From IMG/VR virus record IMGVR_UViG_3300050821_014614: a stretch of 64,000 nt of DNA; one strand, 5' to 3'. Made by a program: the position numbers and the translations under genes. The notes beneath the pieces are model-generated. The model worked only from the letters and a program-made list of their open reading frames with translations, searched no databases and was not told the DNA's origin. The stretch comes from a virus. How positions within the stretch are numbered: position 1 is the stretch's first letter; each line of letters starts with the position of its first letter. Shown here in pieces: positions 34,116 through 42,781 of this stretch.

Positions 34116-34327
34116 CAGTGCACCACCACCGCCGTCGATCCCGGATCCGAATCCGTTCCAAAGATGACGTATTCAAGACGACCGATCCTCGCGTGAGTGA
34201 GCGCGTTGACGGTGATCTGATGCCGGTTAATCGCACGCTGAAGCCTGGCCCACCAGACGGTCAGGACCAGCAAGGCAATCACGAGCACTACAACCAGGCA
34301 GCTAAGCGCGAAAGTCACAAAAGCCAT
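34115..34327 (-). CDS. single-pass membrane protein
   Basis: 70 aa; FALSCLVVVLVIALLVLTVWW helix. Confidence 0.5.
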   Translation of the reverse strand: MAFVTFALSCLVVVLVIALLVLTVWWARLQRAINRHQITVNALTHARIGRLEYVIFGTDSDPGSTAVVVH

Positions 34328-34719
34328 TACCGCTTCTCCGTTCGGCCGAGCGCTTCGAATCTCTCCGCGAATCCGCGCGCCGCCTTCGCTTTTTCCGTGA
34401 CTGATTCCGGCGTGTCGGATGCCTCACGCGGATCGTAATCGAGCGCCGGGTTGTCTCCCAGACCGATCAGTTCAGCGTGCGCGGTAAAACCACAGCGGAG
34501 GAGGCCGGCGCGGACATCGTCGATTAATCGTCTTGCGATCTGAGCACCGGGCCCGCTGTTTAGCGGATGCCGGAGTGCGAGCTGAAGATTGCCACACAGC
34601 GACATCAAGCTCGTCAGGTCGAGTTCGAATTGGATCTTCCAGTCCCCCGCGCGCTCCTGTTCTTCCAGCGCGCGGTGGACAAGGCGCGCCTTCGGCGCCG
34701 TTTCGCGGGCGTCGCTCAT
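34327..34719 (-). CDS. hypothetical protein
   Basis: 130 aa ORF. Confidence 0.5.
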   Translation of the reverse strand: MSDARETAPKARLVHRALEEQERAGDWKIQFELDLTSLMSLCGNLQLALRHPLNSGPGAQIARRLIDDVRAGLLRCGFTAHAELIGLGDNPALDYDPREASDTPESVTEKAKAARGFAERFEALGRTEKR

Positions 34720-34937
34720 AGAGGGTCATCCTCGTGCGCGCGGGCGTGGCAATAGGCGCGCCACCACAACAGTAGAGAAGCAGCAGACCCAATGATTGGC
34801 GTGAGCATGCCCAGCGGCCTTGCGTGCGCGAGCGCGTGAATCTCGGGCGAGAATGAGCGATCGATCAGAAAGTAACGCCAGTTCATATACGTCATGCCGC
34901 TTTGCATAGTCGCGAGGAATAGCCACATGGCCGTCAT
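34716..34937 (-). CDS. small membrane protein
   Basis: 73 aa; two hydrophobic stretches; 4-nt overlap. Confidence 0.45.
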   Translation of the reverse strand: MTAMWLFLATMQSGMTYMNWRYFLIDRSFSPEIHALAHARPLGMLTPIIGSAASLLLWWRAYCHARAHEDDPL

Positions 34938-35200
34938 CAGCCTTCCCCCGCGGCCTGATCCGCTTCATGCCGTCGCGGACCGATAACCGTGCCGTCGCCG
35001 AACGTCGCGCGCATCATAACCTCATGGCCCAGCTGATCCTTCAGCGGCGGGATGTAAATCGCAGCCACCCCGCGGGGCGCGTGCACCGTCGTCGACCATA
35101 CGACGGCGCCGGTGTCAGGATGGAGCGCTTCGAGGGTGAACGGATAGAGCGCGCGCGGAAGATCGTAACGCGGCGCCGCGGCGGTTCCCATGCCGGACAT
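34937..35200 (-). CDS. hypothetical protein
   Basis: 87 aa ORF. Confidence 0.5.
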   Translation of the reverse strand: MSGMGTAAAPRYDLPRALYPFTLEALHPDTGAVVWSTTVHAPRGVAAIYIPPLKDQLGHEVMMRATFGDGTVIGPRRHEADQAAGEG

Positions 35201-35220
35201 TGTAGCTCGAAAAGAGCGAA

Positions 35221-35238
35221 ACTGAAATGCGTTTCAGT
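35221..35238 (-). terminator. weak AT-rich hairpin with T-tract (attenuator candidate)
   Basis: ACTGAAA-4 nt-TTTCAGT, then TTCGCTCTTTTCG on the minus strand; overlaps the stop of ORF 35234-35482. Confidence 0.3.
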
Positions 35239-35482
35239 ACTTTCCCGCGTGCGTAATTGCCGAATTGGCATCCATTCGAGCCTCGCGGATCTTGCGAATA
35301 GCGGAACTCCGGTCGGGGCACGGCGGCGCGCCGGCGACGATTGCCTTCACCGCATCGGCGAGCGCGGTCCGGATCTTCGAACCCGCGATTGTCTGCTCGT
35401 CCGTCCATTTGTGATAGTCGAAGGCGTCCTCGATTTCGGCCTCGACTTCGGGAGTCAGGCCACGCGCGCGGGTGAAGTCCAT
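35234..35482 (-). CDS. hypothetical protein
   Basis: 82 aa, first gene of a minus-strand run. Confidence 0.5.
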   Translation of the reverse strand: MDFTRARGLTPEVEAEIEDAFDYHKWTDEQTIAGSKIRTALADAVKAIVAGAPPCPDRSSAIRKIREARMDANSAITHAGKY

Positions 35483-35518
35483 CTATTCACTCTACGCCTG
35501 TCACCGACAATTGGGGCG

Positions 35519-35698
35519 ATGTCCAGCAAACGGAGAATTCGGCGCAGGCAATGCGGCGCGAAAATCAGATTCGCTGACCAGACGCTGGCGGTCCGGGGCC
35601 TCAGAAGTTTTATGCGAACGGGCGCGTCGGGCATGAGCACGTATCGATGTCCTTTTTGCCGCGGCTGGCATTTCGGGCATTTCGGGCGCCGGCAATGA
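35519..35698 (+). CDS. 59-aa basic zinc-ribbon-like protein
   Basis: ATG 35519 within track ORF 34967-35698; RRRQCG...YRCPFCRGWHFGH. Confidence 0.45.
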   Translation: MSSKRRIRRRQCGAKIRFADQTLAVRGLRSFMRTGASGMSTYRCPFCRGWHFGHFGRRQ

Positions 35699-35991
35699 GC
35701 CGTAAGATCTGGATGGATCTAAACGAGCCCGTCGACCGGATCCCTGCCGCCGGCGATTACCTCGTGACCCGCGGCAAACGCGGGTGGGGTTCAGCGTACC
35801 TGATCGTCGCGTGGCGGGAAGTGCGGCGCGTCGGCCGAAAAACGCCGGAGCGAAGATTCGCCCTTACGGTTCAGCCGGGATATCCGATCGAAGAGGCGCT
35901 TCGCTTCCGGCCATGGGTACTGCGCTGGTATTCGCGGGCGGCACGCCTTCCTCGTAAGCCCGCGCGACCTGACTCTCGATCATCAATCTGA
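35695..35991 (+). CDS. hypothetical protein
   Basis: Trimmed to ATG 35695 (ATGA overlap); the 3-prime end overlaps the convergent ORF 35864-36127. Confidence 0.45.
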   Translation: MSRKIWMDLNEPVDRIPAAGDYLVTRGKRGWGSAYLIVAWREVRRVGRKTPERRFALTVQPGYPIEEALRFRPWVLRWYSRAARLPRKPARPDSRSSI

Positions 35992-36127
35992 TCGTCGCCG
36001 CTTCATCGGGCTGAAGAGGGCCGTTCGCCTCGATCCAATTCGCGGCACGCTCAATTCGTTCTGTGAGCTCGTACACGTCGTCGACAAGCGTCCACCCGCT
36101 CGTGATATGACTGAATCCCTGGCGCAT
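35864..36127 (-). CDS. hypothetical protein
   Basis: 87 aa; first 60 aa look protein-like; convergent overlap with 35695-35991 is unresolved. Confidence 0.4.
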   Translation of the reverse strand: MRQGFSHITSGWTLVDDVYELTERIERAANWIEANGPLQPDEAATIRLMIESQVARAYEEGVPPANTSAVPMAGSEAPLRSDIPAEP

Positions 36128-36224
36128 GACGCGAGTGTAGCGCCGCGGGGCTCACGCCATCATTTCCGCGCGCGCGTAGGACGTGTACCGTGGCGTTCGT
36201 CCGCACGCGGAGCGGCCCGGCATC

Positions 36225-36263
36225 AGAATGCCATAAGAATGCCAATGTTTTGCCTGTTTTTGC
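36225..36263. repeat. short tandem repeats in an AT-rich stretch upstream of the integrase (arm-site/attP candidate)
   Basis: AGAATGCCA twice (36225, 36236) and TGTTTT(T)GC twice (36246, 36255). Confidence 0.4.
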
Positions 36264-36339
36264 ATGATTTCCTGCCTTCGGCCGATATACTCGTTTGGAT
36301 GCGAATTCAACCTTACTCCTGGATAAAGAGGACACCCAA

Positions 36340-37068
36340 ATGAAAAACATTGGCAGAAAAGCGCGATTTCGGGCCCCAATTCAACCGTCTGTAGAGACTG
36401 TAGAATTCGCGGCCGAAACGCCGAAACCTAAGAAAAAGGCATTCAAACGAACAGAGCTCGATGAGAATATGTACCTTCAGCCGGAGGAAACGCGGGCTTT
36501 CTTTGAGGCGGTCGAGAGCAGGCGAGACCGCGCCATCTTCAGGGTTCTGTATCACTACGGTCTGCGCGCGCACGAAGTCGGCGTGCTCCAGATAAGCGAT
36601 TACAAAGACCGTGATGGCATGCTCTACATCCGGAGGGGGAAGGGAAGCGTCTCGCGCGACCACCGGCTGATACCGGAGGCGCTGAAGGCCCTGCGCAGCT
36701 ACATCAAGTTCGACCGGGGAACGCAGCCCGGTCCGCTGTTCCAGTCACGCAAGAATCACACGGCGCGTATTCCGCGATCGGTGCAGGAGTTGGATCTGGC
36801 CGCGCGGCGGGGACGCCTCGGCATCAGCAGGTTTATGATCTTCCGGCTGATGCGCCAGTATTGTAAGGCTGCAGGCATCCCTCCGGAGAAAGCGCACCCG
36901 CACGCCTGGAAGCATACGTGTGGAACGTCGATGGCGGACCGTGGCAATGATACCGATGCGATTCAGGACTGGCTCGGACATCGCGACTCCAAGAGCACTG
37001 AAATCTATAAGCACTTCAGCAGGTCGCGCCGCGATGAGTCAGTGGAGAAGAATCGGGACTGGAGTTAA
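36340..37068 (+). CDS. tyrosine recombinase/integrase, short form
   Basis: Catalytic-domain motifs HYGLRAHEV, HPHAWKHTCGT, WLGHRDSKSTEIY; trimmed to ATG 36340. Confidence 0.75.
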   Translation: MKNIGRKARFRAPIQPSVETVEFAAETPKPKKKAFKRTELDENMYLQPEETRAFFEAVESRRDRAIFRVLYHYGLRAHEVGVLQISDYKDRDGMLYIRRGKGSVSRDHRLIPEALKALRSYIKFDRGTQPGPLFQSRKNHTARIPRSVQELDLAARRGRLGISRFMIFRLMRQYCKAAGIPPEKAHPHAWKHTCGTSMADRGNDTDAIQDWLGHRDSKSTEIYKHFSRSRRDESVEKNRDWS

Positions 37069-37346
37069 GCGCTATGCCAGCAACCGCTGTAAAACGTATG
37101 GCAAAATCCGCAGTACCGAGTGGCGACGTCGTTCGGGTTGCGGCTGGTGTTGCGGCATGCGGCGCATGTGATCGAGTCGCCGGCGGGCGAGATCCAGCAG
37201 AGGATGCCATTGTCTACCAGGAATGCTGACGCGAGCCCTGCCATCTCGCGCGCCGAATCGGGGAAGTAAACCGCATGCGCCTTCTCCCACGCGACCGCCA
37301 GGATCGCGAGCTCTATTGCGGCGCGGCAGTTGACGGTCTCAGCCAT
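37065..37346 (-). CDS. hypothetical Cys-containing protein
   Basis: 93 aa ORF. Confidence 0.5.
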   Translation of the reverse strand: MAETVNCRAAIELAILAVAWEKAHAVYFPDSAREMAGLASAFLVDNGILCWISPAGDSITCAACRNTSRNPNDVATRYCGFCHTFYSGCWHSA

Positions 37347-37361
37347 TTCCTGATTGTTCTC

Positions 37362-37631
37362 TCAGTACCAGATGAAGACGAGCTCGGCCCAGTTGTGCTG
37401 GCGCGGATCATTCAACTCGGCCCAATATGCGGCCGCCTCGATGCGGCGCGTCTCGAACCGGGTTGGCGGCTTTTCCGGGTGAGGGCCGGGCGTTTCGCCC
37501 CGCGTTGCCTCGGAGTCGATGGCATAGTCATCAGACGTATAGATCCATTGCCTGGTTAGCTCCGGCTGTACATTGCTGCCTGGTATCAGGCCGCCGCGAA
37601 CCGTCCACGATGCTTTGAGTGCTACTGGCAT
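37362..37631 (-). CDS. hypothetical protein
   Basis: Trimmed to ATG 37631. Confidence 0.45.
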   Translation of the reverse strand: MPVALKASWTVRGGLIPGSNVQPELTRQWIYTSDDYAIDSEATRGETPGPHPEKPPTRFETRRIEAAAYWAELNDPRQHNWAELVFIWY

Positions 37632-37635
37632 GCCG

Positions 37636-37920
37636 CTATTCTCCCGCGTTCTGTTTCTGCTCCGAATCCCTGGCTTCGATCTGCACGATCTTAATCCTGC
37701 TGATGATGACGTTGCTTCCATAGCAATTCGAACAGCACACCCGGTCGAGGTCCTGCCCTATTGAAACATCGAGATAGTTCCAAAACGTCTGGCACCGGCG
37801 GCAGCGAAATTCAACCGGCGTGATCTGCTCACAGTTCTCTCTTTTTCTGACGTTCTCAAGGCGAAGCAACGTGCCCTTCGATCCGCATTTGATGCAGGAA
37901 GATATGACTAAGGTGGTCAC
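37636..37920 (-). CDS. zinc-ribbon protein
   Basis: Start GTG 37920 (GTGA overlap); CIKCGS...CRRCQ...CCSNC. Confidence 0.5.
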   Translation of the reverse strand: MTTLVISSCIKCGSKGTLLRLENVRKRENCEQITPVEFRCRRCQTFWNYLDVSIGQDLDRVCCSNCYGSNVIISRIKIVQIEARDSEQKQNAGE

Positions 37921-38120
37921 GGCGTTTCTCCCACATTCCGCTTCTGCTCCGCTTCGAGCCTGCGCTTCCCGCAAGCGTCGTCGTCGCGGCAGACGAGCAC
38001 TTTCTGCTTGGCATTCTTCGTCTGCCCGGGGAAGCCGCGCCAGTATGTCCCGAGCCGCATCTCCACCATCACGCCGTCAGAGAAGCCCTTCAGTTCGCAG
38101 CCGCAAAGCGCGCACGTCAC
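37917..38120 (-). CDS. small Cys-rich protein
   Basis: Start GTG 38120 (GTGA overlap with the micro-ORF stop); VTCALCGCELKG... Confidence 0.45.
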   Translation of the reverse strand: MTCALCGCELKGFSDGVMVEMRLGTYWRGFPGQTKNAKQKVLVCRDDDACGKRRLEAEQKRNVGETP

Positions 38121-38245
38121 GAGAACACCCGGCCGATCAATACCGCAATCAGCACCACCACAATCACGCCCGCGGCCGCGATGAGAAGCATCGCGAACGC
38201 CCGTCTGGCGAGGCGGCCGGCGCGGTGTTTGGCGGTTTCCAACAT
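38117..38245 (-). CDS. 42-aa single-pass membrane micro-protein (below track threshold)
   Basis: MLETAKHRAGRLARRAFAMLLIAAAGVIVVVLIAVLIGRVFS. Confidence 0.35.
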   Translation of the reverse strand: MLETAKHRAGRLARRAFAMLLIAAAGVIVVVLIAVLIGRVFS

Positions 38246-38270
38246 GCATTACTCCGTAAACGCGTCTCGA

Positions 38271-38492
38271 TCATCCGACCGGATACTCCCCGCAATACGC
38301 GGACGCCGGCAGCGGTTTCACGCGCTCGGCGTTGAGGCGCTTGAACTCCTCGAAATCGATCCCGCCGGCAAATCGCACGCCGAGTTCCAATAGCATCGGA
38401 TTCCAGCCTGGCCGCGATAGCGCCAGTTCGGCAAGCGCGAGAAGAATTACCTGGCGCTCGCCATCTGTGACGTCGATCATCATGGATTTCAC
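38271..38492 (-). CDS. hypothetical protein
   Basis: 73 aa ORF. Confidence 0.5.
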   Translation of the reverse strand: MKSMMIDVTDGERQVILLALAELALSRPGWNPMLLELGVRFAGGIDFEEFKRLNAERVKPLPASAYCGEYPVG

Positions 38493-38493
38493 C

Positions 38494-38667
38494 TTACCGC
38501 TTAACGTTCAGGCGCGGCAACAGCGGAATGTGCGACGGCAGAAGCGGCGCGACGCAACCGGTGAACGGCGTCGGTGGCACCGTGAGCACGGGAGGCGGAC
38601 AGAATATCGGCGGAAATGGCTTCGGCGGCAGGATTACGAGCAGCGCGAAAACGAGCAATTCGAACAT
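38494..38667 (-). CDS. small Pro-rich membrane protein
   Basis: Trimmed to ATG 38667 (MFELLVFALLVILPP...). Confidence 0.4.
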   Translation of the reverse strand: MFELLVFALLVILPPKPFPPIFCPPPVLTVPPTPFTGCVAPLLPSHIPLLPRLNVKR

Positions 38668-38743
38668 GACGGGTCCTTTGAGCAATGCGTTCAGGTGCAA
38701 GCCGGAATATCCCGCCGGCGCGGTGAATTCGTGCTTTCGTGCT

Positions 38744-38917
38744 TTACGGCTTCGGCGCGGGCTTCGGCATCGCGATCACTTCTGCCGGGCCAGCCGTGAT
38801 CTCGCGCGATTCGATCGTGTGAGTATGCTCCCAGCGCCGCGCGCCAATCGAGAAGATCACCTTCGTGACGCGGATCTCGTCGGCCGGATCCGGACGAGGG
38901 ATTAGAAGGCGGCTCAT
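38744..38917 (-). CDS. 57-aa hypothetical protein (below track threshold)
   Basis: ATG 38917 (ATGA overlap); MSRLLIPRPDPADEIRVTKVIFSIGARRWEH... Confidence 0.4.
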   Translation of the reverse strand: MSRLLIPRPDPADEIRVTKVIFSIGARRWEHTHTIESREITAGPAEVIAMPKPAPKP

Positions 38918-39270
38918 CCGCGCTCCGCTTCCAGCGCTTCGTGTGCCGCCTTCGCCGAGAAGCAGGTCGGGCAGTAGCCCGCGTGCCAGATGGCGACCGT
39001 GTAGATCTCGCAGGCATCGTTATTCCACGGCACGTAATGCGCCTGGCTCGCGCACTGGCTGATCTGCGGATACTCGGACGTGCCCATATCGTTCCAGTTG
39101 CGGATGGCCGTGTCCAGCGTCTTCTGCAGCGTGCCGCAGGCCTTGTATGCCTCACGCTGGAGATCGTCGCCGCCGTGCCGCGCCGCGACCTGATCGAGCT
39201 CGCCGATCGCGCGCCAGAAGCCCGCGGCCGTCTCGATGAATACCTGCAGTTCCGTCTTTGTTGCCGTCAT
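38914..39270 (-). CDS. hypothetical protein
   Basis: 118 aa ORF with normal composition. Confidence 0.55.
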   Translation of the reverse strand: MTATKTELQVFIETAAGFWRAIGELDQVAARHGGDDLQREAYKACGTLQKTLDTAIRNWNDMGTSEYPQISQCASQAHYVPWNNDACEIYTVAIWHAGYCPTCFSAKAAHEALEAERG

Positions 39271-39521
39271 TGAATTTGCTCCTTCGTGCTTGCCGCTTCC
39301 ACCTTCGCGGCTTCGGTCTTTGCTTTCGCCGGCGTGATCAGCCCTGCCATGATGCCATGCAGCAGAAACTCCAGGCGATTGATTCCTGCGCCCAATTCAT
39401 CGGGATACGTGCCGCTCTCGCGATAGACGCGGTTCTGATAGGCCACCAGTCGCCGGATCGCGAGGCGAAGCTCCGTCTTCGCCGCCGCGAGGATTTGATC
39501 GGACGTGGCCTTACCCGGCAT
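39267..39521 (-). CDS. hypothetical protein
   Basis: Trimmed to ATG 39521. Confidence 0.45.
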   Translation of the reverse strand: MPGKATSDQILAAAKTELRLAIRRLVAYQNRVYRESGTYPDELGAGINRLEFLLHGIMAGLITPAKAKTEAAKVEAASTKEQIQ

Positions 39522-39750
39522 ACTTTTCCCTGTATTCCGAAAGCTGTCTCTCGCGCCCACTCTCCGCGCCGAAGTCAGGCTCCCAATCATAGGGAATGTC
39601 GTAGTCGGGACCGTGCGGGCAGCCCATCACGTGCTCGTGGGCATCAAAGCATTCCCTGAGGCATTCCGGAGTGCCAGGGAAGTCATCGTCGTCCGGGTCC
39701 GGATCCAGATCTGCCCAGCGTTCGACATCGTCGATCATGCAGTTCTCCAC
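39511..39750 (-). CDS. acidic small protein
   Basis: 79 aa, Asp/Glu/Pro-rich. Confidence 0.5.
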   Translation of the reverse strand: MENCMIDDVERWADLDPDPDDDDFPGTPECLRECFDAHEHVMGCPHGPDYDIPYDWEPDFGAESGRERQLSEYREKYAG

Positions 39751-39933
39751 CTAGAACCCCCTCGCGATGCCGTAGATCAGCACCGCGCAACCGAGAGCCA
39801 TGACGATCAGCATCCAGCGATACCCCCGCGTGTGTCCGGGCTGGATAGTATCCAGCTCCGGATCGAGGCCGAAGTGCTCGCGCCACGTGGCCGGCACTTC
39901 CGGCTCCGGCTCCTTCTTCCATCTGCGCGTCAT
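39751..39933 (-). CDS. small C-terminally anchored membrane protein
   Basis: Trimmed to ATG 39933 (ATGA overlap); YRWMLIVMALGCAVLIYGIA helix. Confidence 0.45.
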   Translation of the reverse strand: MTRRWKKEPEPEVPATWREHFGLDPELDTIQPGHTRGYRWMLIVMALGCAVLIYGIARGF

Positions 39934-40490
39934 TGCGTCACCTCGAATTGGTACACGATGGTGAAAGTAGGCTCCATGTGGATCGTGAGCCCGCTCGTAT
40001 TCAGCGCTACGAACGGCTGGCATATCATCAGGCCGTCCGCGCCAAGCAGTCCGCCGGCCGATACTACGAAGTCGAACGTTGCCCGCGGACTCGAATTCTG
40101 CGACGTCACCACGTTCTGGATCCACGCGAACGAATTGTCGTAAGCGCTCGAACCCGGCGCGGTCGGATACGTGACCCGCGCACTGCCATCCGGCGCCGTG
40201 GTCTTCAACCCCCAGCCCACTTCGGCCGAAGTGCCGGGCGCGATAACCCCGGTCTTAGCCCACGCCACGAAATCCCCGTAGATTCGCAGGATACGCGTGT
40301 GGTAGCCAGCGGGTGCGTTGAACCGGATCGGGATCTGGATGCTGCCGGCAGATCCCCACGCGGCCGCGTCCACGGCTCCGGCGAGATCGATCGAGAAGTT
40401 CGACGTGGCGGAATACGGTCCGAGTATGGGCGTTGGCGTTTGCGCAGCGAGTGCAAAGGAAGCGAGAAAGAAAACGACGGGGGTTTTCAT
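39930..40490 (-). CDS. exported beta-rich protein
   Basis: 186 aa; MKTPVVFFLASFALAAQ signal peptide. Confidence 0.6.
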   Translation of the reverse strand: MKTPVVFFLASFALAAQTPTPILGPYSATSNFSIDLAGAVDAAAWGSAGSIQIPIRFNAPAGYHTRILRIYGDFVAWAKTGVIAPGTSAEVGWGLKTTAPDGSARVTYPTAPGSSAYDNSFAWIQNVVTSQNSSPRATFDFVVSAGGLLGADGLMICQPFVALNTSGLTIHMEPTFTIVYQFEVTQ

Positions 40491-40651
40491 TCGCCGCTCC
40501 TATCGGCCGGCTGTTCGCGTTTTGCGAACTTCGGCGGGGTCGGGATGCCGAGGCGCTGCTCGATCGTTGCGAGGCGCGCGGCTATTGCGCGCCCCTCGTA
40601 TTTGATCTTCATCGCGAGGTTGAAGATCTGCTTGCGGAGTTCTTCGCTCAT
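40487..40651 (-). CDS. 54-aa hypothetical protein (below track threshold)
   Basis: ATG 40651 to TGA 40487, ATGA overlaps at both ends; MSEELRKQIFNLAMKIKYEGR... Confidence 0.45.
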   Translation of the reverse strand: MSEELRKQIFNLAMKIKYEGRAIAARLATIEQRLGIPTPPKFAKREQPADRSGE

Positions 40652-41409
40652 GATCTGGACAGCCTTTCGCCCTGGACCAACCTGCAGCCGGGTACGGCCG
40701 CGGGATCCAGCTTGAGGGCCAGCTTAATCGCGGTGTTATCCGGAATCGGAAGCGGATGAGGCGGAGGCGGCGGTTCCGGCGTGCGCCAAAACTGTATCGG
40801 GATCCCGTCTTCGTCGTCGATGACGAGTTTGGCGGGATTCAGCTTCATCGATATCGCGGACGTATGACCTTCGAGCTTCTTGCCGCCGCTCCGTCTGATC
40901 GCCATGAGCAGGTACGATTCGAGATTCTCTTTCTGCTTTGCCAAACTCAACGCGCGCTTTGTGCATCGAGCAGCTTCCGCCTGAGCAAGAACGATCGACG
41001 ATTCATATTGCGAGAGCACCCAGCAGCTGCCGTCGATCTTCGCTTTCGTTCCGCTGACCGATTCGGTCAGCATCGCGGCCAGCTCTTCGCGGGCCTCGCC
41101 GTCTAGGTCTGCGTCGTCAAGGCCGGCCAGCGTTTCGTAGATCGCCTGCGTGTCTTCGAGGCGATCGATCAGCGAGCGCTTCGGAACGAGCGCAAGCGCC
41201 GGAGGCGCGGGCGCCTCCGCAACCGGCTCCAGTTTGTAAGTCGGAATGAAAGATGGATCCCCCTCGTGCCAATCTACCGGCGGCGCGAGCGTGATCCCGT
41301 TCGAGGGACCGCCTTCGGTCCCCCATTCGATCGGATCGGACGCGTACGCGTCGAGAAGATCCGGCGCGGACTCGAGAATCGCGAGAACCGCGGAGGCGGG
41401 GCGCTTCAT
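40648..41409 (-). CDS. Siphovirus Gp157-like protein
   Basis: Trimmed to ATG 41409; the coiled-coil middle and the C-terminal ...IPIQFWRTPEPP...PDNTAIKLALK...VPGCRLVQGERL recall the Gp157 family (from memory). Confidence 0.5.
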   Translation of the reverse strand: MKRPASAVLAILESAPDLLDAYASDPIEWGTEGGPSNGITLAPPVDWHEGDPSFIPTYKLEPVAEAPAPPALALVPKRSLIDRLEDTQAIYETLAGLDDADLDGEAREELAAMLTESVSGTKAKIDGSCWVLSQYESSIVLAQAEAARCTKRALSLAKQKENLESYLLMAIRRSGGKKLEGHTSAISMKLNPAKLVIDDEDGIPIQFWRTPEPPPPPHPLPIPDNTAIKLALKLDPAAVPGCRLVQGERLSRS

Positions 41410-42005
41410 CGCGCACCGCCGTTTCGGCAGGCGTCGATGTAGATCGAGAGGCCGATTGCTCTGACCGACTCCTCGGAGAAGGTGAGGCCGATACCGCGGC
41501 GCGTGGCGTAGGCCTGCGTTTCGATGATGGCGTCGACCGCGGAACACATCGCGGCCATCATGCAGCTGGCTGCGCCGCTGAGCTTTCGGGTCTGTTCGGG
41601 TGCCGGCGGCGGTGGCGGGGTAGTACCATTGCCGTTGCGTGATGTCGCGCTTTGAGCAGCCGATGTTGTAGTTTGCGCAATGGCGGGCGGCGTTGTTTCA
41701 GCAACGCTGCCTGCCCCAATTAAGTTCACCTGAATGGTGGCCTTGGCCTTCCCCATCTGCGTTATCTCAAACATCTGGTCCGCCTGGATTCGCAGGCCGT
41801 ATATCGTGTCCGCGACGATCTGCGGAACGTACCAGGGACGTCCGTTCCCGAGATCGAAAACAACCTCGCTCGGGCCGAACTCAGAGGCCACTAACCTGCC
41901 CGGCAGCGCTGTGATCGAGATCTGGTAAGTTACCCCGATCTGCGGCGTGAACTTCGGCGGGCGCGGTGGCCGTCCGTTTTGTGGCGCGTAATTTTGTGTG
42001 CTCAT
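41406..42005 (-). CDS. hypothetical protein
   Basis: 199 aa; first gene after the conserved leader copy 1. Confidence 0.55.
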   Translation of the reverse strand: MSTQNYAPQNGRPPRPPKFTPQIGVTYQISITALPGRLVASEFGPSEVVFDLGNGRPWYVPQIVADTIYGLRIQADQMFEITQMGKAKATIQVNLIGAGSVAETTPPAIAQTTTSAAQSATSRNGNGTTPPPPPAPEQTRKLSGAASCMMAAMCSAVDAIIETQAYATRRGIGLTFSEESVRAIGLSIYIDACRNGGAR

Positions 42006-42048
42006 CGTTCAGTTTCCTTTTCTCGGGGTTGACCCGTTTCCGATTGCG
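42006..42048. repeat. conserved 5-prime leader, copy 1
   Basis: GTTTCCTTTTCTCGGGGTTGACCCGTTTCCGATTGC, about 85 percent identical to 43091-43128; both abut the start of a minus-strand gene. Confidence 0.55.
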
Positions 42049-42149
42049 TACTGGATTACAAAACTATATTTACATGCTATCGTTAGCGTGTCAATACATG
42101 TGACGAGTTTATTTTCACGCTGGCCATACCGTGTTAATATCCTTAGAGG

Positions 42150-42386
42150 ATGGCTAGATTAAAGAAATCGATGACTACCGCGGCCGCTGGCCGGCTTGGT
42201 GGCCTCGCGCGCGCTGAGCGGTTGGCCGCCGGGGAGATTACGATTGAGCCAGCCGGAGCCGCGGTCCCCAAGCCCACCATCTGCCCGCGATGCGGAGTCG
42301 AACAACCGAGCGCGCGTGCGGCCTGGGTGCATTGCCGCAAGCCGCGGACGAAGAAGAAGGTCGGAAAGAAAGGCACGAAGTCATGA
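42150..42386 (+). CDS. small basic protein (GGLARAERL..., C-terminal Lys-rich, CPRC...C)
   Basis: 78 aa; a possible TTTTCA-17 nt-TAATAT promoter at 42112-42140. Confidence 0.5.
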   Translation: MARLKKSMTTAAAGRLGGLARAERLAAGEITIEPAGAAVPKPTICPRCGVEQPSARAAWVHCRKPRTKKKVGKKGTKS

Positions 42387-42775
42387 GTGAAGCCGATCAG
42401 CTGAACTGGGTTGAAAGGCGCCATCGCGCCGAGAAGAATCTTGCCGACTCGAAGGTGGGCCTTTGGCGCGACGTCTGCGCGGCCATCACGGACGCATCCA
42501 GAAGCTTCGGAGCATTGTACGAGACTTCGACTGAAGTTACGACCGTAAACGGGCACCGCCTCAGGATTATGCTTGGGACGGTGGATCGGATCGACGTCGA
42601 TTTTGATGAGAAGGGATGCGGGATCAACACGTCTTACGCCTCCCCTTTTCGCGTTCGCAACTTCAGGATCAGGGCCGATCACGTTTCCGCGTTCATCGTC
42701 GATGACAAGGGCAACCGCATGACGCCCGATGAAGTTTCCGAAAGCATTCTTGCCCCGGTGTTTTTCCCGCGGTAG
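42383..42775 (+). CDS. hypothetical protein
   Basis: Trimmed to ATG 42383 (ATGA overlap). Confidence 0.5.
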   Translation: MSEADQLNWVERRHRAEKNLADSKVGLWRDVCAAITDASRSFGALYETSTEVTTVNGHRLRIMLGTVDRIDVDFDEKGCGINTSYASPFRVRNFRIRADHVSAFIVDDKGNRMTPDEVSESILAPVFFPR

Positions 42776-42781
42776 CTGCAT

